The notes: generated by a model from the sequence alone, not told the origin. A stretch of DNA of 64,000 nucleotides from an uncultured Aquimarina sp. (GCA_947496555.1 CANMDH010000027.1:261-64260); one strand, 5' to 3'; shown: positions 20,527 through 30,975, counted from the first letter of the stretch. Translations and numbers: made by a program.

Positions 20527-21891
20527 TTATTGTGTGTTTTTCTCTATAACCTCACTTAATCTTCTTTTTATAACAGGTTCAAGAAGGGTTTTTCTTACAT
20601 TTTTATTTAAAAAAACTGGCTTCTCAAATTCTGGAATTATTTCTTTATCGTTCCTATATTTGTTAGCACCGGTTAGGACAATTTTTTCTTTATTAAACAA
20701 TTCTTGCTCCTTTTTGGCGCTCTCTTTTATTTTTCGTTGAATGTTTCCAGACTTAAGTTGATTTAAGAATCCACCTCCTTGTTCAATATTTTTAAATAAT
20801 GCTAGCGAATCTTCTGCTAATTGACTGGTAAGACTCTCTATGTAATAAGAGCCAGAAGCTGGATTTTCGACTAGGTCAAGGTAACTTTCGTTTTTTAAGA
20901 TCAATAATTGATTTAACGAAATCCTGGTTCCAAAATCATTTTCGAGATGGTAAATATCGTCGTAAGGTAAATTATAAATTGTATCTGCTCCTCCCAATAT
21001 GGTACTCATACACTCTGTTGTTGTACGAAGCATATTCACATTATAATCCAAAATAGTTTTATTTCGATGTGAAGGATAGGCAATGATATGGCACTCATTA
21101 ATAACATTATATTGAGATGCTAATGCCTGCCATAATATTCTAAGAGCACGCAGTTTGGCAATTTCAAAAAAGTAATTCCCTCCTACGGCCACTTTAAAGA
21201 TGATTTTGTTTCTCTTAAAAGGGTTATAGTCCTTATCATCAAAATGATTTAAATATTCATTGGCATGAGCCAGTGCATATGCCAATTGCTGAATCATGGT
21301 AGCTCCGGCATTTTGATAAAGACTTATATCAATGCTCAGGGTGCTTTTTAGTGAAGTACATTTAGTAATTTCTTCCAGGGCTTGATGATCTTCCTTTAGG
21401 TTTGCAAACCAATTACCCGTTGCAGCAAGAAGATTAATGATATCGGTTAAAAGATAAATATGCTGTTTGCTAGTTTTGGCAATATCATTTAATATATTGA
21501 CATATGAAGCCGAGAGAAATTTAGTTTCAATAAAAATAGAAGTTTCCGAGGGAATATCTTGTAGAAGAACTTTTGGATCCACCTCTTCTTTTTGGATGAC
21601 AAGAAAGATAGTTTCTGCTCCTTTTTTAATAGCTTGAATGCCTTTCTTATTCCCTATAGTAGCATCACTTACTTCTATTTTGATCGAGTTTTTCCATTCT
21701 GAAGGATGCGAAACGGGATTGTCAATTTCAGAGAGATCCTCTTGATGATAAAAAGGTTTAATATCAATACCCTCTAGGGATTTGTATATCAAGGCTTCAT
21801 TATAATCTGCTCCTTTAAGATCAAATTGAATTTTTTGTTTCCACTGTTTTGCAGAAACCTGGTCAAAACTATCAAATAAGGATTTAGTCAT
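20527..21891 (-). CDS. Methylmalonyl-CoA mutase small (beta) subunit
   Basis: WKQKIQFDLKGADY, YFFEIAKLRALR, NMLRTTTE, GSYYIE; no B12 motif. Start moved to ATG 21891. Confidence 0.9.
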   Translation of the reverse strand: MTKSLFDSFDQVSAKQWKQKIQFDLKGADYNEALIYKSLEGIDIKPFYHQEDLSEIDNPVSHPSEWKNSIKIEVSDATIGNKKGIQAIKKGAETIFLVIQKEEVDPKVLLQDIPSETSIFIETKFLSASYVNILNDIAKTSKQHIYLLTDIINLLAATGNWFANLKEDHQALEEITKCTSLKSTLSIDISLYQNAGATMIQQLAYALAHANEYLNHFDDKDYNPFKRNKIIFKVAVGGNYFFEIAKLRALRILWQALASQYNVINECHIIAYPSHRNKTILDYNVNMLRTTTECMSTILGGADTIYNLPYDDIYHLENDFGTRISLNQLLILKNESYLDLVENPASGSYYIESLTSQLAEDSLALFKNIEQGGGFLNQLKSGNIQRKIKESAKKEQELFNKEKIVLTGANKYRNDKEIIPEFEKPVFLNKNVRKTLLEPVIKRRLSEVIEKNTQ

Positions 21892-22243
21892 TTTTCTTTG
21901 TTTTAGGAACGCTGTCTTCATATTCGATGATATAGATCTCTTCATCATCACGTTTCATAAAATATTCTTCTCGTGCAAATTTTTCTAACTCGCTACTGTC
22001 TTTTAATACTTTGATATCTTTTTGATCCTTAACGATCTCTTGGATATAATACTCTTTATTATCTTCAAGCTCTTTAATTTCTTGATCGAGTTCTTGATGA
22101 ATGAGCCAAGAATTGGTATCAAGAAACAACATCCAGATCACAAATAACAATACAATTAGCACATATTTATTTAAAAATATGGCAAATATCGGTATCAATG
22201 CCGGTTTGTTTTTTAGTTTCTGAAAATAACTTTTAAGCTTCAA
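21884..22243 (-). CDS. FtsB/DivIC-family septum formation initiator
   Basis: TM followed by a coiled coil; LEKFAREEYFMK. Confidence 0.85.
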   Translation of the reverse strand: MKLKSYFQKLKNKPALIPIFAIFLNKYVLIVLLFVIWMLFLDTNSWLIHQELDQEIKELEDNKEYYIQEIVKDQKDIKVLKDSSELEKFAREEYFMKRDDEEIYIIEYEDSVPKTKKND

Positions 22244-22280
22244 TCTAAGTAGGGTAATGTTTGGTGTAAAGGTACAAAAG

Positions 22281-22889
22281 TTAATTCAAGCGCTCTTTGA
22301 TAATTGTGCGCACGATATCAACCGCCACATTATTATAATGATTGTTGGGGATGATAAGATCGGCAAACTCTTTTGTAGGATCGATGAATTGCTGATGCAT
22401 CGGTTTTAAGGTGTTTTGATAACGATCCAAAACTTCATCCATATCCCTGCCGCGCTCTGCAATGTCTCTTTTTAATCGTCTTATTAACCGTTCGTCACTA
22501 TCGGTATGTACGTATATTTTGATATCAAACATATCTCTTATTTCTGGATTCGTAAGGATTAGGATTCCTTCTACAATCATAACCTTACTTGGTTTTGTTT
22601 TGATTGTTTCTTTGGTACGGTTATGTTCTACAAATGAGTATACAGGCTGATCTATCGTTTCTCCTTTCCTCAATGCAGTAAGATGTTTGCCAAGTAGTTC
22701 GAAATCTATCGATTGTGGGTGGTCAAAATTTATTTTTACTCTTTCTTCGTAAGTAAGGTGGCTGGTGTCTTTATAATATGCATCCTGCGAAATTACGCAT
22801 ACTTCATTCTCTGGTAACTCATTTACAATTTGATTCACAACAGTGGTTTTTCCACAACCTGTTCCTCCGGCTATACCGATAATTAGCAT
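22281..22889 (-). CDS. udk: Uridine kinase
   Basis: IGIAGGTGCGKTT, NFDHP, IVEGIL, RDIAERGR. Confidence 0.96.
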   Translation of the reverse strand: MLIIGIAGGTGCGKTTVVNQIVNELPENEVCVISQDAYYKDTSHLTYEERVKINFDHPQSIDFELLGKHLTALRKGETIDQPVYSFVEHNRTKETIKTKPSKVMIVEGILILTNPEIRDMFDIKIYVHTDSDERLIRRLKRDIAERGRDMDEVLDRYQNTLKPMHQQFIDPTKEFADLIIPNNHYNNVAVDIVRTIIKERLN

Positions 22890-22906
22890 TTCGATTTGTT
22901 TTTCGG

Positions 22907-22914
22907 CAAATTTA
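22907..22914 (-). promoter_or_regulatory. Bacteroidetes -7 box TAAATTTG for udk
   Basis: CAAATTTA on the + strand, 17 nt upstream of the udk ATG. Confidence 0.55.
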
Positions 22915-22992
22915 GAAATAGTTATTGAGTTTTTGAATAGGGGAGTGAATGAGTTTTTGGGTTTTTATTAAGAAATAAACCTTAGGTGGTTT

Positions 22993-24075
22993 CTAATTAG
23001 GGTAATAAATTACCCCCGAAGAGGAGTCTTTAATAGCACCCGTAACCGATTTCAGGCAATTGATTTCATTGATATCTCGTAATACCCCCATAAAGGCAAA
23101 AATCATCGCCTCTTTAAAATCTATAATTTCTTCTGATGGAATGATGATTTCGGCAAAATCTTTTACTTTATCCTGAAGGGTTTCAATCAAAAAATCATTT
23201 TTTGCACCGCCGCCAGTAACTAAAATCTTAGCATTCTTCTTTTGAGTATTCTTGATAACAGTGGCTATTTGTGTAGCAATGTGATGCACCGATGTATGTA
23301 ATAGGTTTTTTACTGAATCTTCAGAATTATCAATGATCGGAATTACTTTTTTTTCAAACCACTCATATCCCAAAGATTTTGGAAAGGGTAATTGATAGTA
23401 TGTTAAAGCATTTAGTTGATCTAATATATCATTATTTATGGCTCCGGTAGCAGCAATTTTACCTCCTTTATCATAGTCAAGATCGATTTTTTTACAAATA
23501 TGATTAAGAAGCATATTCACCGGAGAGATGTCATAGGCAATTCTTTTTTCTGTATTTTCAAAAGAAATATTGCTGATTCCCCCCAGGTTTAAGCAAAAAT
23601 CATATTCTCCAAATAACAATTGATCTCCAATAGGAACTAGGGGCGCGCCTTGGCCTCCCAAAGCCACATCGTTGGTTCTAAAGTCACAAATCACTTTTTG
23701 ACCACTGGCATTTGCAAGATGCTGTCCGGATCCTATCTGATAGGTAAGACCAATTTCGGGTTGATGAAAAACGGTATGCCCATGACTGGCTATAAAATCT
23801 ACTTCAATGTTGTTTTTATCTACAAAATCTTTCACTTTTCCTCCAAGCCAACTACCATATTCGTTATGGAATGCCAATAATTTTGAAGCCTCAATATGCA
23901 CCGTGTTTTTTAGTTTTTCTTTAAATTCGGGAGTGTAGTCAATGCTTTCGGTTTTTTCTATCGAAAAAGACCAGGTTTCATTTTTCTTTTCAAAATAACA
24001 ATAGGCAATATCCAAACCATCAAGAGAGGTTCCAGACATTAAACCGATAACTTTATATAGTTGCGTTTTCGACAT
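22993..24075 (-). CDS. anmK: Anhydro-N-acetylmuramic acid kinase
   Basis: IGLMSGTSLDGLD, SHGHTVFHQP, DVALGGQGAPLVP, LNLGGISN, KEAMIFA. Confidence 0.94.
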   Translation of the reverse strand: MSKTQLYKVIGLMSGTSLDGLDIAYCYFEKKNETWSFSIEKTESIDYTPEFKEKLKNTVHIEASKLLAFHNEYGSWLGGKVKDFVDKNNIEVDFIASHGHTVFHQPEIGLTYQIGSGQHLANASGQKVICDFRTNDVALGGQGAPLVPIGDQLLFGEYDFCLNLGGISNISFENTEKRIAYDISPVNMLLNHICKKIDLDYDKGGKIAATGAINNDILDQLNALTYYQLPFPKSLGYEWFEKKVIPIIDNSEDSVKNLLHTSVHHIATQIATVIKNTQKKNAKILVTGGGAKNDFLIETLQDKVKDFAEIIIPSEEIIDFKEAMIFAFMGVLRDINEINCLKSVTGAIKDSSSGVIYYPN

Positions 24076-24736
24076 AGTGCAAGGTAAAAATTATTGATAA
24101 CAACTCGTCCTGATCATTGGTAACTTCCGCAATATCCTCAATCGATAAATTACAATTGGTAAATACTTCAATCCAGTCTTCAAGAGTTCTGGCATACCAT
24201 CGATGAGGATTTTTAAAATTACCCGGAAGCCCTTTCCATGAATCTTTAATCCATTGACTTTGGTAGGCTACCTTTTGATATTTTAAAAAGTGTGGATGTA
24301 ACGTTTGGATTATTATTTTGCCATCTGGGGCAAGTATTCTTTTTAGGGCGTTCAACAAATTTTGAACTTCATCCTTTTGATATAAACTAAAGTTACAAAC
24401 TATGCCGTCATACGGAGACTTTGGAATTGGAACTCCTCTTATAATTTCTTCATAGGTTAAGGTATAAAAGTATTGTGGTCCTTTTTGCTGTGCATTTTTG
24501 ATGAGTGTATCAATCGCATCGATTCCCACAATTTCTGTAAATTGGTTGGATAATGAGCGGGTAAGCCAACCCTCACCACAACCAACATCAAGGATTTTTG
24601 TAAAAGCATGTTTTCTAATATGATTTACAATCGCCGGATTGGTGTACATTCTAGAAGGGATGATATTGTCGTCGATAACACGAATCCATTCCTTTGCATT
24701 AGTTGACCAAGATTCAAAAATTGATGTGTTTGTCAT
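24053..24736 (-). CDS. Class I SAM-dependent methyltransferase
   Basis: Motif I ILDVGCGEG, GIDA, IVCNFSL; overlaps the anmK start by 23 bp. Confidence 0.88.
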   Translation of the reverse strand: MTNTSIFESWSTNAKEWIRVIDDNIIPSRMYTNPAIVNHIRKHAFTKILDVGCGEGWLTRSLSNQFTEIVGIDAIDTLIKNAQQKGPQYFYTLTYEEIIRGVPIPKSPYDGIVCNFSLYQKDEVQNLLNALKRILAPDGKIIIQTLHPHFLKYQKVAYQSQWIKDSWKGLPGNFKNPHRWYARTLEDWIEVFTNCNLSIEDIAEVTNDQDELLSIIFTLHYVENATI

Positions 24737-24747
24737 TTTTACCAATT

Positions 24748-26319
24748 TTAGGGTGTTACGGGAATATTTCCAGCGGTATTATGTTTACCCAAAAAATGCT
24801 GCCCTGCTACTTGTTGAAATTCTGTGAAGTCCTGATAGGCAAGAATAATATTTTCAATATGATCCGTATTAAAAACCCTTAGTACATATGGATTACCAAA
24901 CAAGTACAAAGTTACCCGGTTTAATTTACTTAGATTTTGGATGTATTCGATGGTTTTCTGATCAAGTCCGAAATTATGTATAGGTTTCACTGAAGGAGGG
25001 AATAGTGCGATAAGTATATTCTTTGCATTATGTTCTACTATATCTTCTTCAGAATATGAATACTTTTTGAAGTTTATATTATCTGCAATATGATCAAAGA
25101 AAGTGCAGCTTGGTTTTCCAATACAAATTGCTTCAAATGTTTCTGTTTTAAATTTCTCCAGTGTTTCAGATGCGCCTTTGATCATGGTAATGGTCTGTTG
25201 TGCAATTTTTTGATTTAAAACTGAATGTGTATCTGGTTTTGGAGGTAATATACTTGATTTTTGAACTGAAAATGCTTTTTGTTTCATTTTCCATATTCTA
25301 TTGAAACTATCTTCAATCTGTTGATCCGAAGCGTTTTTTTCAATCATGCGAATCCCTTCCTCTACATTTTCTGAAAAACATAAAATATCATTACCGGCAT
25401 CAAAGGCTTTCCATTCCAACAATCCTTTTTCTTGGTATAACTTAGATACACTGTGCATGTTCAGCGCATCAGAGATTACAACGCTCCCAAATCCTAATCT
25501 CTCTCTAAGTACACCTTTTATAATGTCTTTTGATAAAGTAGCAGAAATATGTTGTGCATTACTTAATTCGGGTACTACCAGATGCCCAATCATTATGCTA
25601 TCAATACCCGATTCGATGGCTTTTATAAATGGATATAACTCCTGGTCATGTATTTCGGCTTTGGATTTATTAATTACCGGAAGTCCAAGATGGGAATCTA
25701 CATTGGTATCTCCATGCCCTGGAAAATGCTTAAAACAGCCTAAAACTCCTGCTTCTTTTGTCCCTTTATAAAAAGATAATGCCTTTTCGGTAACTTTTTC
25801 TTTGTTTTCACCAAAAGAACGATACCCTATTACTGGATTATTCGGATTCATATTAATATCAGCCACAGGGGCCAAATTCATATGTATACCTATGTTGGCA
25901 AGATCGTTTCCTATTTGTTTTCCGGTCTGAAAAATAAGCTCATTTTGATTGTCTGGTAAGGCTCCTAAAGTAAGTGCATACGGATATTGGGGTGTGTTTT
26001 CTACGCGCATTGCCAAACCCCATTCGGCATCAATACTTATTAATAATGGAGTAGGGGCAATACTTTGATAATGATCTATTAATTCTTCAAGTCTTTGAAA
26101 ACTGTTTTCATTTCGTGTTATTTTTTTCTTCCCTTCAAAATTGGTGGCAGCACTTGCACGGCTGTGAAAAAAAGTGAGTCCGCCAATATTGAAATTTTTA
26201 ATAAGTGTTTCTAAACGTCGAATTTCTTCTTGAGAGTCATTTATAAAAGCTGCCGGAAAGAAAAACTGTCCGATTTTTTCTCTTTTAGAAAGGTTTTTTA
26301 AGTTGTCTACTGGCATCAT
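24748..26319 (-). CDS. GH3 beta-N-acetylglucosaminidase (NagZ-type), no signal peptide
   Basis: NagZ signature KHFPGHGDTNVDSH (Asp-His dyad), nucleophile ISDALNM. Confidence 0.88.
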   Translation of the reverse strand: MMPVDNLKNLSKREKIGQFFFPAAFINDSQEEIRRLETLIKNFNIGGLTFFHSRASAATNFEGKKKITRNENSFQRLEELIDHYQSIAPTPLLISIDAEWGLAMRVENTPQYPYALTLGALPDNQNELIFQTGKQIGNDLANIGIHMNLAPVADINMNPNNPVIGYRSFGENKEKVTEKALSFYKGTKEAGVLGCFKHFPGHGDTNVDSHLGLPVINKSKAEIHDQELYPFIKAIESGIDSIMIGHLVVPELSNAQHISATLSKDIIKGVLRERLGFGSVVISDALNMHSVSKLYQEKGLLEWKAFDAGNDILCFSENVEEGIRMIEKNASDQQIEDSFNRIWKMKQKAFSVQKSSILPPKPDTHSVLNQKIAQQTITMIKGASETLEKFKTETFEAICIGKPSCTFFDHIADNINFKKYSYSEEDIVEHNAKNILIALFPPSVKPIHNFGLDQKTIEYIQNLSKLNRVTLYLFGNPYVLRVFNTDHIENIILAYQDFTEFQQVAGQHFLGKHNTAGNIPVTP

Positions 26320-26322
26320 CGT

Positions 26323-27594
26323 TTAGGCTTTATCTTTTTTTCCATAATCAGTAGGATATTTAATGAACCAGGTTAGTAGAATTCCGGGTATTGCTGAAAG
26401 GGCTACCCAAAAAAAGAAGCCTGTATATCCCAGGAATTCTTGTATGATCCCGCTTAGCATACCAGGCAACATCATTCCCAATGCCATAAAACCTGTTGCG
26501 ATGGCATAGTGAGAAGTTTTTGAAACACCTTCGGCTACATAAATCAAAAACATTAAATAGGCAGCAAATCCAAATCCATATCCAAATTGTTCTATAATCA
26601 CTACCGATGTAGCAAAAACTACCGAAGATGGTTGCCAAAATGCCAATAATGCATATAAAAGGTTGGGAAGGTTTAACGCTAGGATCATTGGGAGCATCCA
26701 CTTTTTTAATCCGTGCATCGAAATGACAATGCCTCCTAAAATTCCACCAATAGTTAGTGCAATAATACCAAATGTACCATAAATAGTCCCTACTTCTGCT
26801 GTGGATAATGCTAATCCACCGGTTTCTGTACTGTCTAATAAAAAAGGAGAGGCCATTTTTACCAGTTGCGATTCTCCCAAGCGATATACTAAGATAAAAG
26901 CCAACGAGATCCAGATGTATTTCTTTTGAAAGAAAGTTATAAATACATCGATAAAGCTAATTTTTTCTTTTTGGATCGTGTTTATATCACTTTCTACTTT
27001 TGGTGTAGTGAATAAATTAACCAGAGTAAGTACAATCATTAAGACGGCTATAATGATCATGGTAAACGACCATGCTTTTTGATTATCACCATAATAACTT
27101 TCAAGAAAGCCAGCTACCACAACAAGCAAGCCTTGTCCGGTGACCATGGCCAATCGATAAAATGTACTACGTACTCCTAAGAAAAAGGATTGTTTTTTTT
27201 CTGAAAGAGCAATAAGATAGTATCCATCTGATGCAATGTCGTTTGTCGCTGAGGCAAATGCTGCTATCCAAAAACAAGCAATACTTAGGATAAAGAAATT
27301 ATTGGTGGGTATCATTAGCCCAACACCCAAAAAAGCAATAGCTACAAGTAATTGCATTCCCAGAAACCACTTACGTTTGGTGCTTTTAAGATCTACTATG
27401 GGGCTCCATAACGGTTTTATTACCCAAGGTAGATATAACCAACTTGTATAAATGCCAATATCGGCATTACTAATTCCCAATTTTTTATACATAATAACGG
27501 AAAGAGATATAATAATCACATAAGGTAATCCTTCGGTAAAATATAAGGAGGGCACCCATGCCCATGGTCTTTTGTCTATCTGTTGTTTCGTCAT
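26323..27594 (-). CDS. AmpG-family MFS muropeptide permease
   Basis: SLYFTEGLP, LPWVIKPLWSPIVD, SATNDIASDGYY; multi-TM. Confidence 0.88.
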   Translation of the reverse strand: MTKQQIDKRPWAWVPSLYFTEGLPYVIIISLSVIMYKKLGISNADIGIYTSWLYLPWVIKPLWSPIVDLKSTKRKWFLGMQLLVAIAFLGVGLMIPTNNFFILSIACFWIAAFASATNDIASDGYYLIALSEKKQSFFLGVRSTFYRLAMVTGQGLLVVVAGFLESYYGDNQKAWSFTMIIIAVLMIVLTLVNLFTTPKVESDINTIQKEKISFIDVFITFFQKKYIWISLAFILVYRLGESQLVKMASPFLLDSTETGGLALSTAEVGTIYGTFGIIALTIGGILGGIVISMHGLKKWMLPMILALNLPNLLYALLAFWQPSSVVFATSVVIIEQFGYGFGFAAYLMFLIYVAEGVSKTSHYAIATGFMALGMMLPGMLSGIIQEFLGYTGFFFWVALSAIPGILLTWFIKYPTDYGKKDKA

Positions 27595-28085
27595 GAATTG
27601 TTTTTTAGCATATGTTGATAGATACTGATTTCTGATCCATCGATTACTGTCGCATTAACGGTCTTTTGATAATATTCAACGGGGCCTACACCTCCTATGA
27701 TGGCATATGCATATCCTAGTTGCTTTAACCCAAGTAGGGCTTTGATTAATAATACTTTCCCAATGCTTTTACCTCTTTCTCTTTCAACAATACCGGTTGG
27801 GCCAAAGAAATTTTTGGCTGTACATTCATAGCAGGAGAAACCTATTATTTCTTGTTCTCTCTGCGCTATGAAACAGCTTATCGGAATTCTGGAAAATGCG
27901 ACATCAACTTCATCTGCCCAATTACTGCTAAAATGGTCGCCAACCCATTGCGTGATTACGGATTTTTCTGGGGCAATAGGTCTTCTGAAGATCACCTGTT
28001 CTTTTTCCTTTAAAACCTTTTCCGTTTGGGTGATGTCCGGAAGTGAAACCAACCTTACTAGCATATCATTCATCGGCTTTGACAT
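27591..28085 (-). CDS. GNAT N-acetyltransferase
   Basis: Acetyl-CoA loop ERGKSIGKVLL; FFGPTG; YAIIGG. Confidence 0.85.
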   Translation of the reverse strand: MSKPMNDMLVRLVSLPDITQTEKVLKEKEQVIFRRPIAPEKSVITQWVGDHFSSNWADEVDVAFSRIPISCFIAQREQEIIGFSCYECTAKNFFGPTGIVERERGKSIGKVLLIKALLGLKQLGYAYAIIGGVGPVEYYQKTVNATVIDGSEISIYQHMLKNNS

Positions 28086-29583
28086 TAGAGATTAGTATAT
28101 TTTTAAATTTATAAGGCTTGCTTTCCCTTCGATAAACATCCAAATAAGTAATGGTAATTGGTTTCTTATTTTTTGTGATGGATATCGGGATTGTTATTGC
28201 AATATGATTATTAATGATTTTGGGATGGAATATACTCATATTATTTTTTGAATGATAAACTATCACAGCTCGTAAGGTTGTAGTTGTATCGTTTTTGAAG
28301 AAAAATGTTACAGAATCTTTATAGACTTTTCTCGAGGACAACTCTGGCGTAATGTCGATTCTTTTTTCTTTGATGTGAGAAGGAGTTAGGGATGGCTGTT
28401 GATACGTGCTTTTTGATAATTGCTCTGTAATATCATTGTGTTTATTAAGTAATGATTTGGCACTAAAAAATACATTTCCAGTAATGTTATCGGCTTTTCT
28501 TGCCAGTTTTACCTGCTTTGACAATTGTTTTTTCTTATTCCAGGCTTTATCAGAGTTATTTCTCACTTTATAAGCTCCATTACCAATATAGATATTAGTG
28601 TTGTTATTGTTTTTATTCCACCAATATACCAGCTTTCGATGTGAAGCTTTTGGATGATTGAGGCTCCAGTAAAGTTGCGGAGCCAAATAATCGATCCACC
28701 CTTTCTGCATCCAGGTCAGTGGATCAGCATACAAATCATCATAGGTAGTTTGTCCAGCTTCGGTATCAGAACCTGCAGAATCTACTGACTTGTTACGCCA
28801 TACCCCAAACGGACTAATACCAAATTGTACCCAAGGTTTTTGAGCTTTTATATTTGTATGGATATCGCGAATTAAGGTATTTACATTTTCTCTTCGCCAA
28901 TCTTCTATAGATTGGTCAGACTTAGCATACTGCTGGTAAGACCCTTGGTCATCAAAAACTTCATCTTTGATCTTATATGGATAAAAATAATCATCAAAAT
29001 GAATAGCATCTACATCATAATTATTAACAACTTCATTGATCACAGAAACCAGATGTTGTTGAACTTCTGGTAATCCTGGATTGTAATAATATTTCTTTCC
29101 ATATTTGATCATCCATGCGGGATGTTGATGATAGTCATGTTTTTGATCGAGAATGCTGGTATCCAAATCAAAAGTAGCGCGATAGGGGTTAAGCCATGCA
29201 TGAAATTCGAATCCTCGTTGATGTGATTCAGTAATCATCCAGGCCAATGGATCGTAATAGGTGCGAGGAGGGTTACCTTCTTTTCCAGTTAAAAAACGAG
29301 ACCAAGGTGCTAATTTTGAAGGGTATAAAGCATCACCAGCCGTACGAATCTGAACAATAACAGCGTTGAAATGCAATTTTTTATAAAATTCTAAGATCTC
29401 AATAAAATCCTCTTGTTGCTTTTTTACAGTATCGCTTCCGCTTTTTGGCCAATCGATATTAACTACAGAAGCGATCCATACTCCTCTAAATTCTCTCTTA
29501 TAAGAAGATTTGTTTTTGATCAAACTTCCGCAAGAACAAAATAATAATACCAAGAAAACAAAGTGTATTTTATAGCTGCTCAT
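28066..29583 (-). CDS. GHL10 / DigH (YddW)-like glycoside hydrolase lipoprotein
   Basis: Lipobox LLFCSC; EFRGVWIASV.NIDWP, HAWLNPYR, HFDDYFYPY, FGISPFG, APQLYW. Confidence 0.9.
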   Translation of the reverse strand: MSSYKIHFVFLVLLFCSCGSLIKNKSSYKREFRGVWIASVVNIDWPKSGSDTVKKQQEDFIEILEFYKKLHFNAVIVQIRTAGDALYPSKLAPWSRFLTGKEGNPPRTYYDPLAWMITESHQRGFEFHAWLNPYRATFDLDTSILDQKHDYHQHPAWMIKYGKKYYYNPGLPEVQQHLVSVINEVVNNYDVDAIHFDDYFYPYKIKDEVFDDQGSYQQYAKSDQSIEDWRRENVNTLIRDIHTNIKAQKPWVQFGISPFGVWRNKSVDSAGSDTEAGQTTYDDLYADPLTWMQKGWIDYLAPQLYWSLNHPKASHRKLVYWWNKNNNNTNIYIGNGAYKVRNNSDKAWNKKKQLSKQVKLARKADNITGNVFFSAKSLLNKHNDITEQLSKSTYQQPSLTPSHIKEKRIDITPELSSRKVYKDSVTFFFKNDTTTTLRAVIVYHSKNNMSIFHPKIINNHIAITIPISITKNKKPITITYLDVYRRESKPYKFKNILISNVKADE

Positions 29584-29593
29584 ATATGACTTG

Positions 29594-29634
29594 AAAAGAC
29601 TTACTCAATATTTTTACTATGAGTAAGCCTTTTT
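29594..29634 (-). terminator. Hairpin with T-tract between susD and GHL10
   Basis: AAAAGACTTACTCA ... TGAGTAAGCCTTTT inverted repeat. Confidence 0.65.
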
Positions 29635-29658
29635 GGATTATTTGCTGGAATTATACAT

Positions 29659-30975
29659 TTATATTGCTGGATCATCCGGAGTATTAGAGTTATTATCTCT
29701 TTCTGTATCTGGATAGGGATAGTAATTACGGTTTCTCTCTGGATTTGGATCATTTGGCCCTGGTCTACCAAACCTTCTACTATCTTCTAACGACATTCCG
29801 GACATGAAGAGTTCAATTCTTCTGTTTCTATAAATCTCTTCTAAAATATTTTGCTGTTCGTTAAGACCTGAATAGGCTGATAGATTGGCACCTAGATCAT
29901 AGATGTCTTCTGATGCCGTTTTGGTTAGTACTTCATTTAAGGCATCTATTGCTTGTGGGAGTTGATTAAGTCTGGCATATGCTTCCGCCTTAATTAGAAT
30001 TACTTCACCTGGTAAATAAACTGGTATCTCATCCAGGTTATCTTCAAAGAACCCTACTGCAAAATATGCATCATCTCCGGTAGAAGGATCTTGTGCCAGT
30101 GTTATATAAAAATCTATTCTTTCATCGTTATTATTTGGTAGTAAGTCGTCTGGTAGCCCAAATCTAGTATCTTTTGCTTCTACGACATTGTTAGTACTAT
30201 ATACATCTGCAATCGGATTTGGTATTGCCGAATCATATGCCCAAGTAGAAGTAGTATTAAAATCAATGTTATCTGCCGCCGTAATTGCACTATTATACTC
30301 TTGGTTCATTAGATAATACCTTGCTAATAGTGCTTGTATAGAATTAGCTAAATCCACCGAGTTGAAAATATTAGAAGTTACGGTTGTTGATAATCCATTT
30401 TGAATGATATTTTCTGCCATTTCCAAATCTTCTATTGAGGCTGTAAGCACTTCGGTTCTGGTATTAAATGCTGCATTTCGTTCAATAGATAATGGGATTT
30501 GTTCGAAGAATTGGATTAATGTACCATGAGCCAAAGCTCTGTAATAGTATCCGTAGGCTTTTAGGGTATTAGCGACTTGGGTATCTGTAGCGGCACCATC
30601 TGCAGCGTTTATCACTGTAGTAGCCTCTTTTCTTACGAGCATCAATTGTCCCCATAAATTACGTAAGATACCATTGTTTATAGTAAGTCCGGTACCCCCA
30701 TTAGTTAATTGAGCTTCGGCTTCGTTACCAGGGTTGATTAACCTAAGTTCTCCGGTAGTTAGCCCCGAAGCAGTTACTGTTGTATATTTTGCTCCGGCAC
30801 GATCGGTACTATATCGTTTTTGGATTCCATTGATAAGGGAAGTAAGATTGTCTACACTACTTTCAACCTCGGGATCAGATATATTAATAGGATCTATAAA
30901 TTCTTTATCGCAGGATGAAAATATAAACACGATTAATAGCATTGAATATATATTAAATAATTTCATAACATTCAT
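29659..30975 (-). CDS. SusD/RagB family substrate-binding lipoprotein
   Basis: Lipobox FIFSSC; EVILIKAEAYAR; RNRRIELF; YPYPDTERDNN; directly downstream of susC. Confidence 0.9.
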   Translation of the reverse strand: MNVMKLFNIYSMLLIVFIFSSCDKEFIDPINISDPEVESSVDNLTSLINGIQKRYSTDRAGAKYTTVTASGLTTGELRLINPGNEAEAQLTNGGTGLTINNGILRNLWGQLMLVRKEATTVINAADGAATDTQVANTLKAYGYYYRALAHGTLIQFFEQIPLSIERNAAFNTRTEVLTASIEDLEMAENIIQNGLSTTVTSNIFNSVDLANSIQALLARYYLMNQEYNSAITAADNIDFNTTSTWAYDSAIPNPIADVYSTNNVVEAKDTRFGLPDDLLPNNNDERIDFYITLAQDPSTGDDAYFAVGFFEDNLDEIPVYLPGEVILIKAEAYARLNQLPQAIDALNEVLTKTASEDIYDLGANLSAYSGLNEQQNILEEIYRNRRIELFMSGMSLEDSRRFGRPGPNDPNPERNRNYYPYPDTERDNNSNTPDDPAI

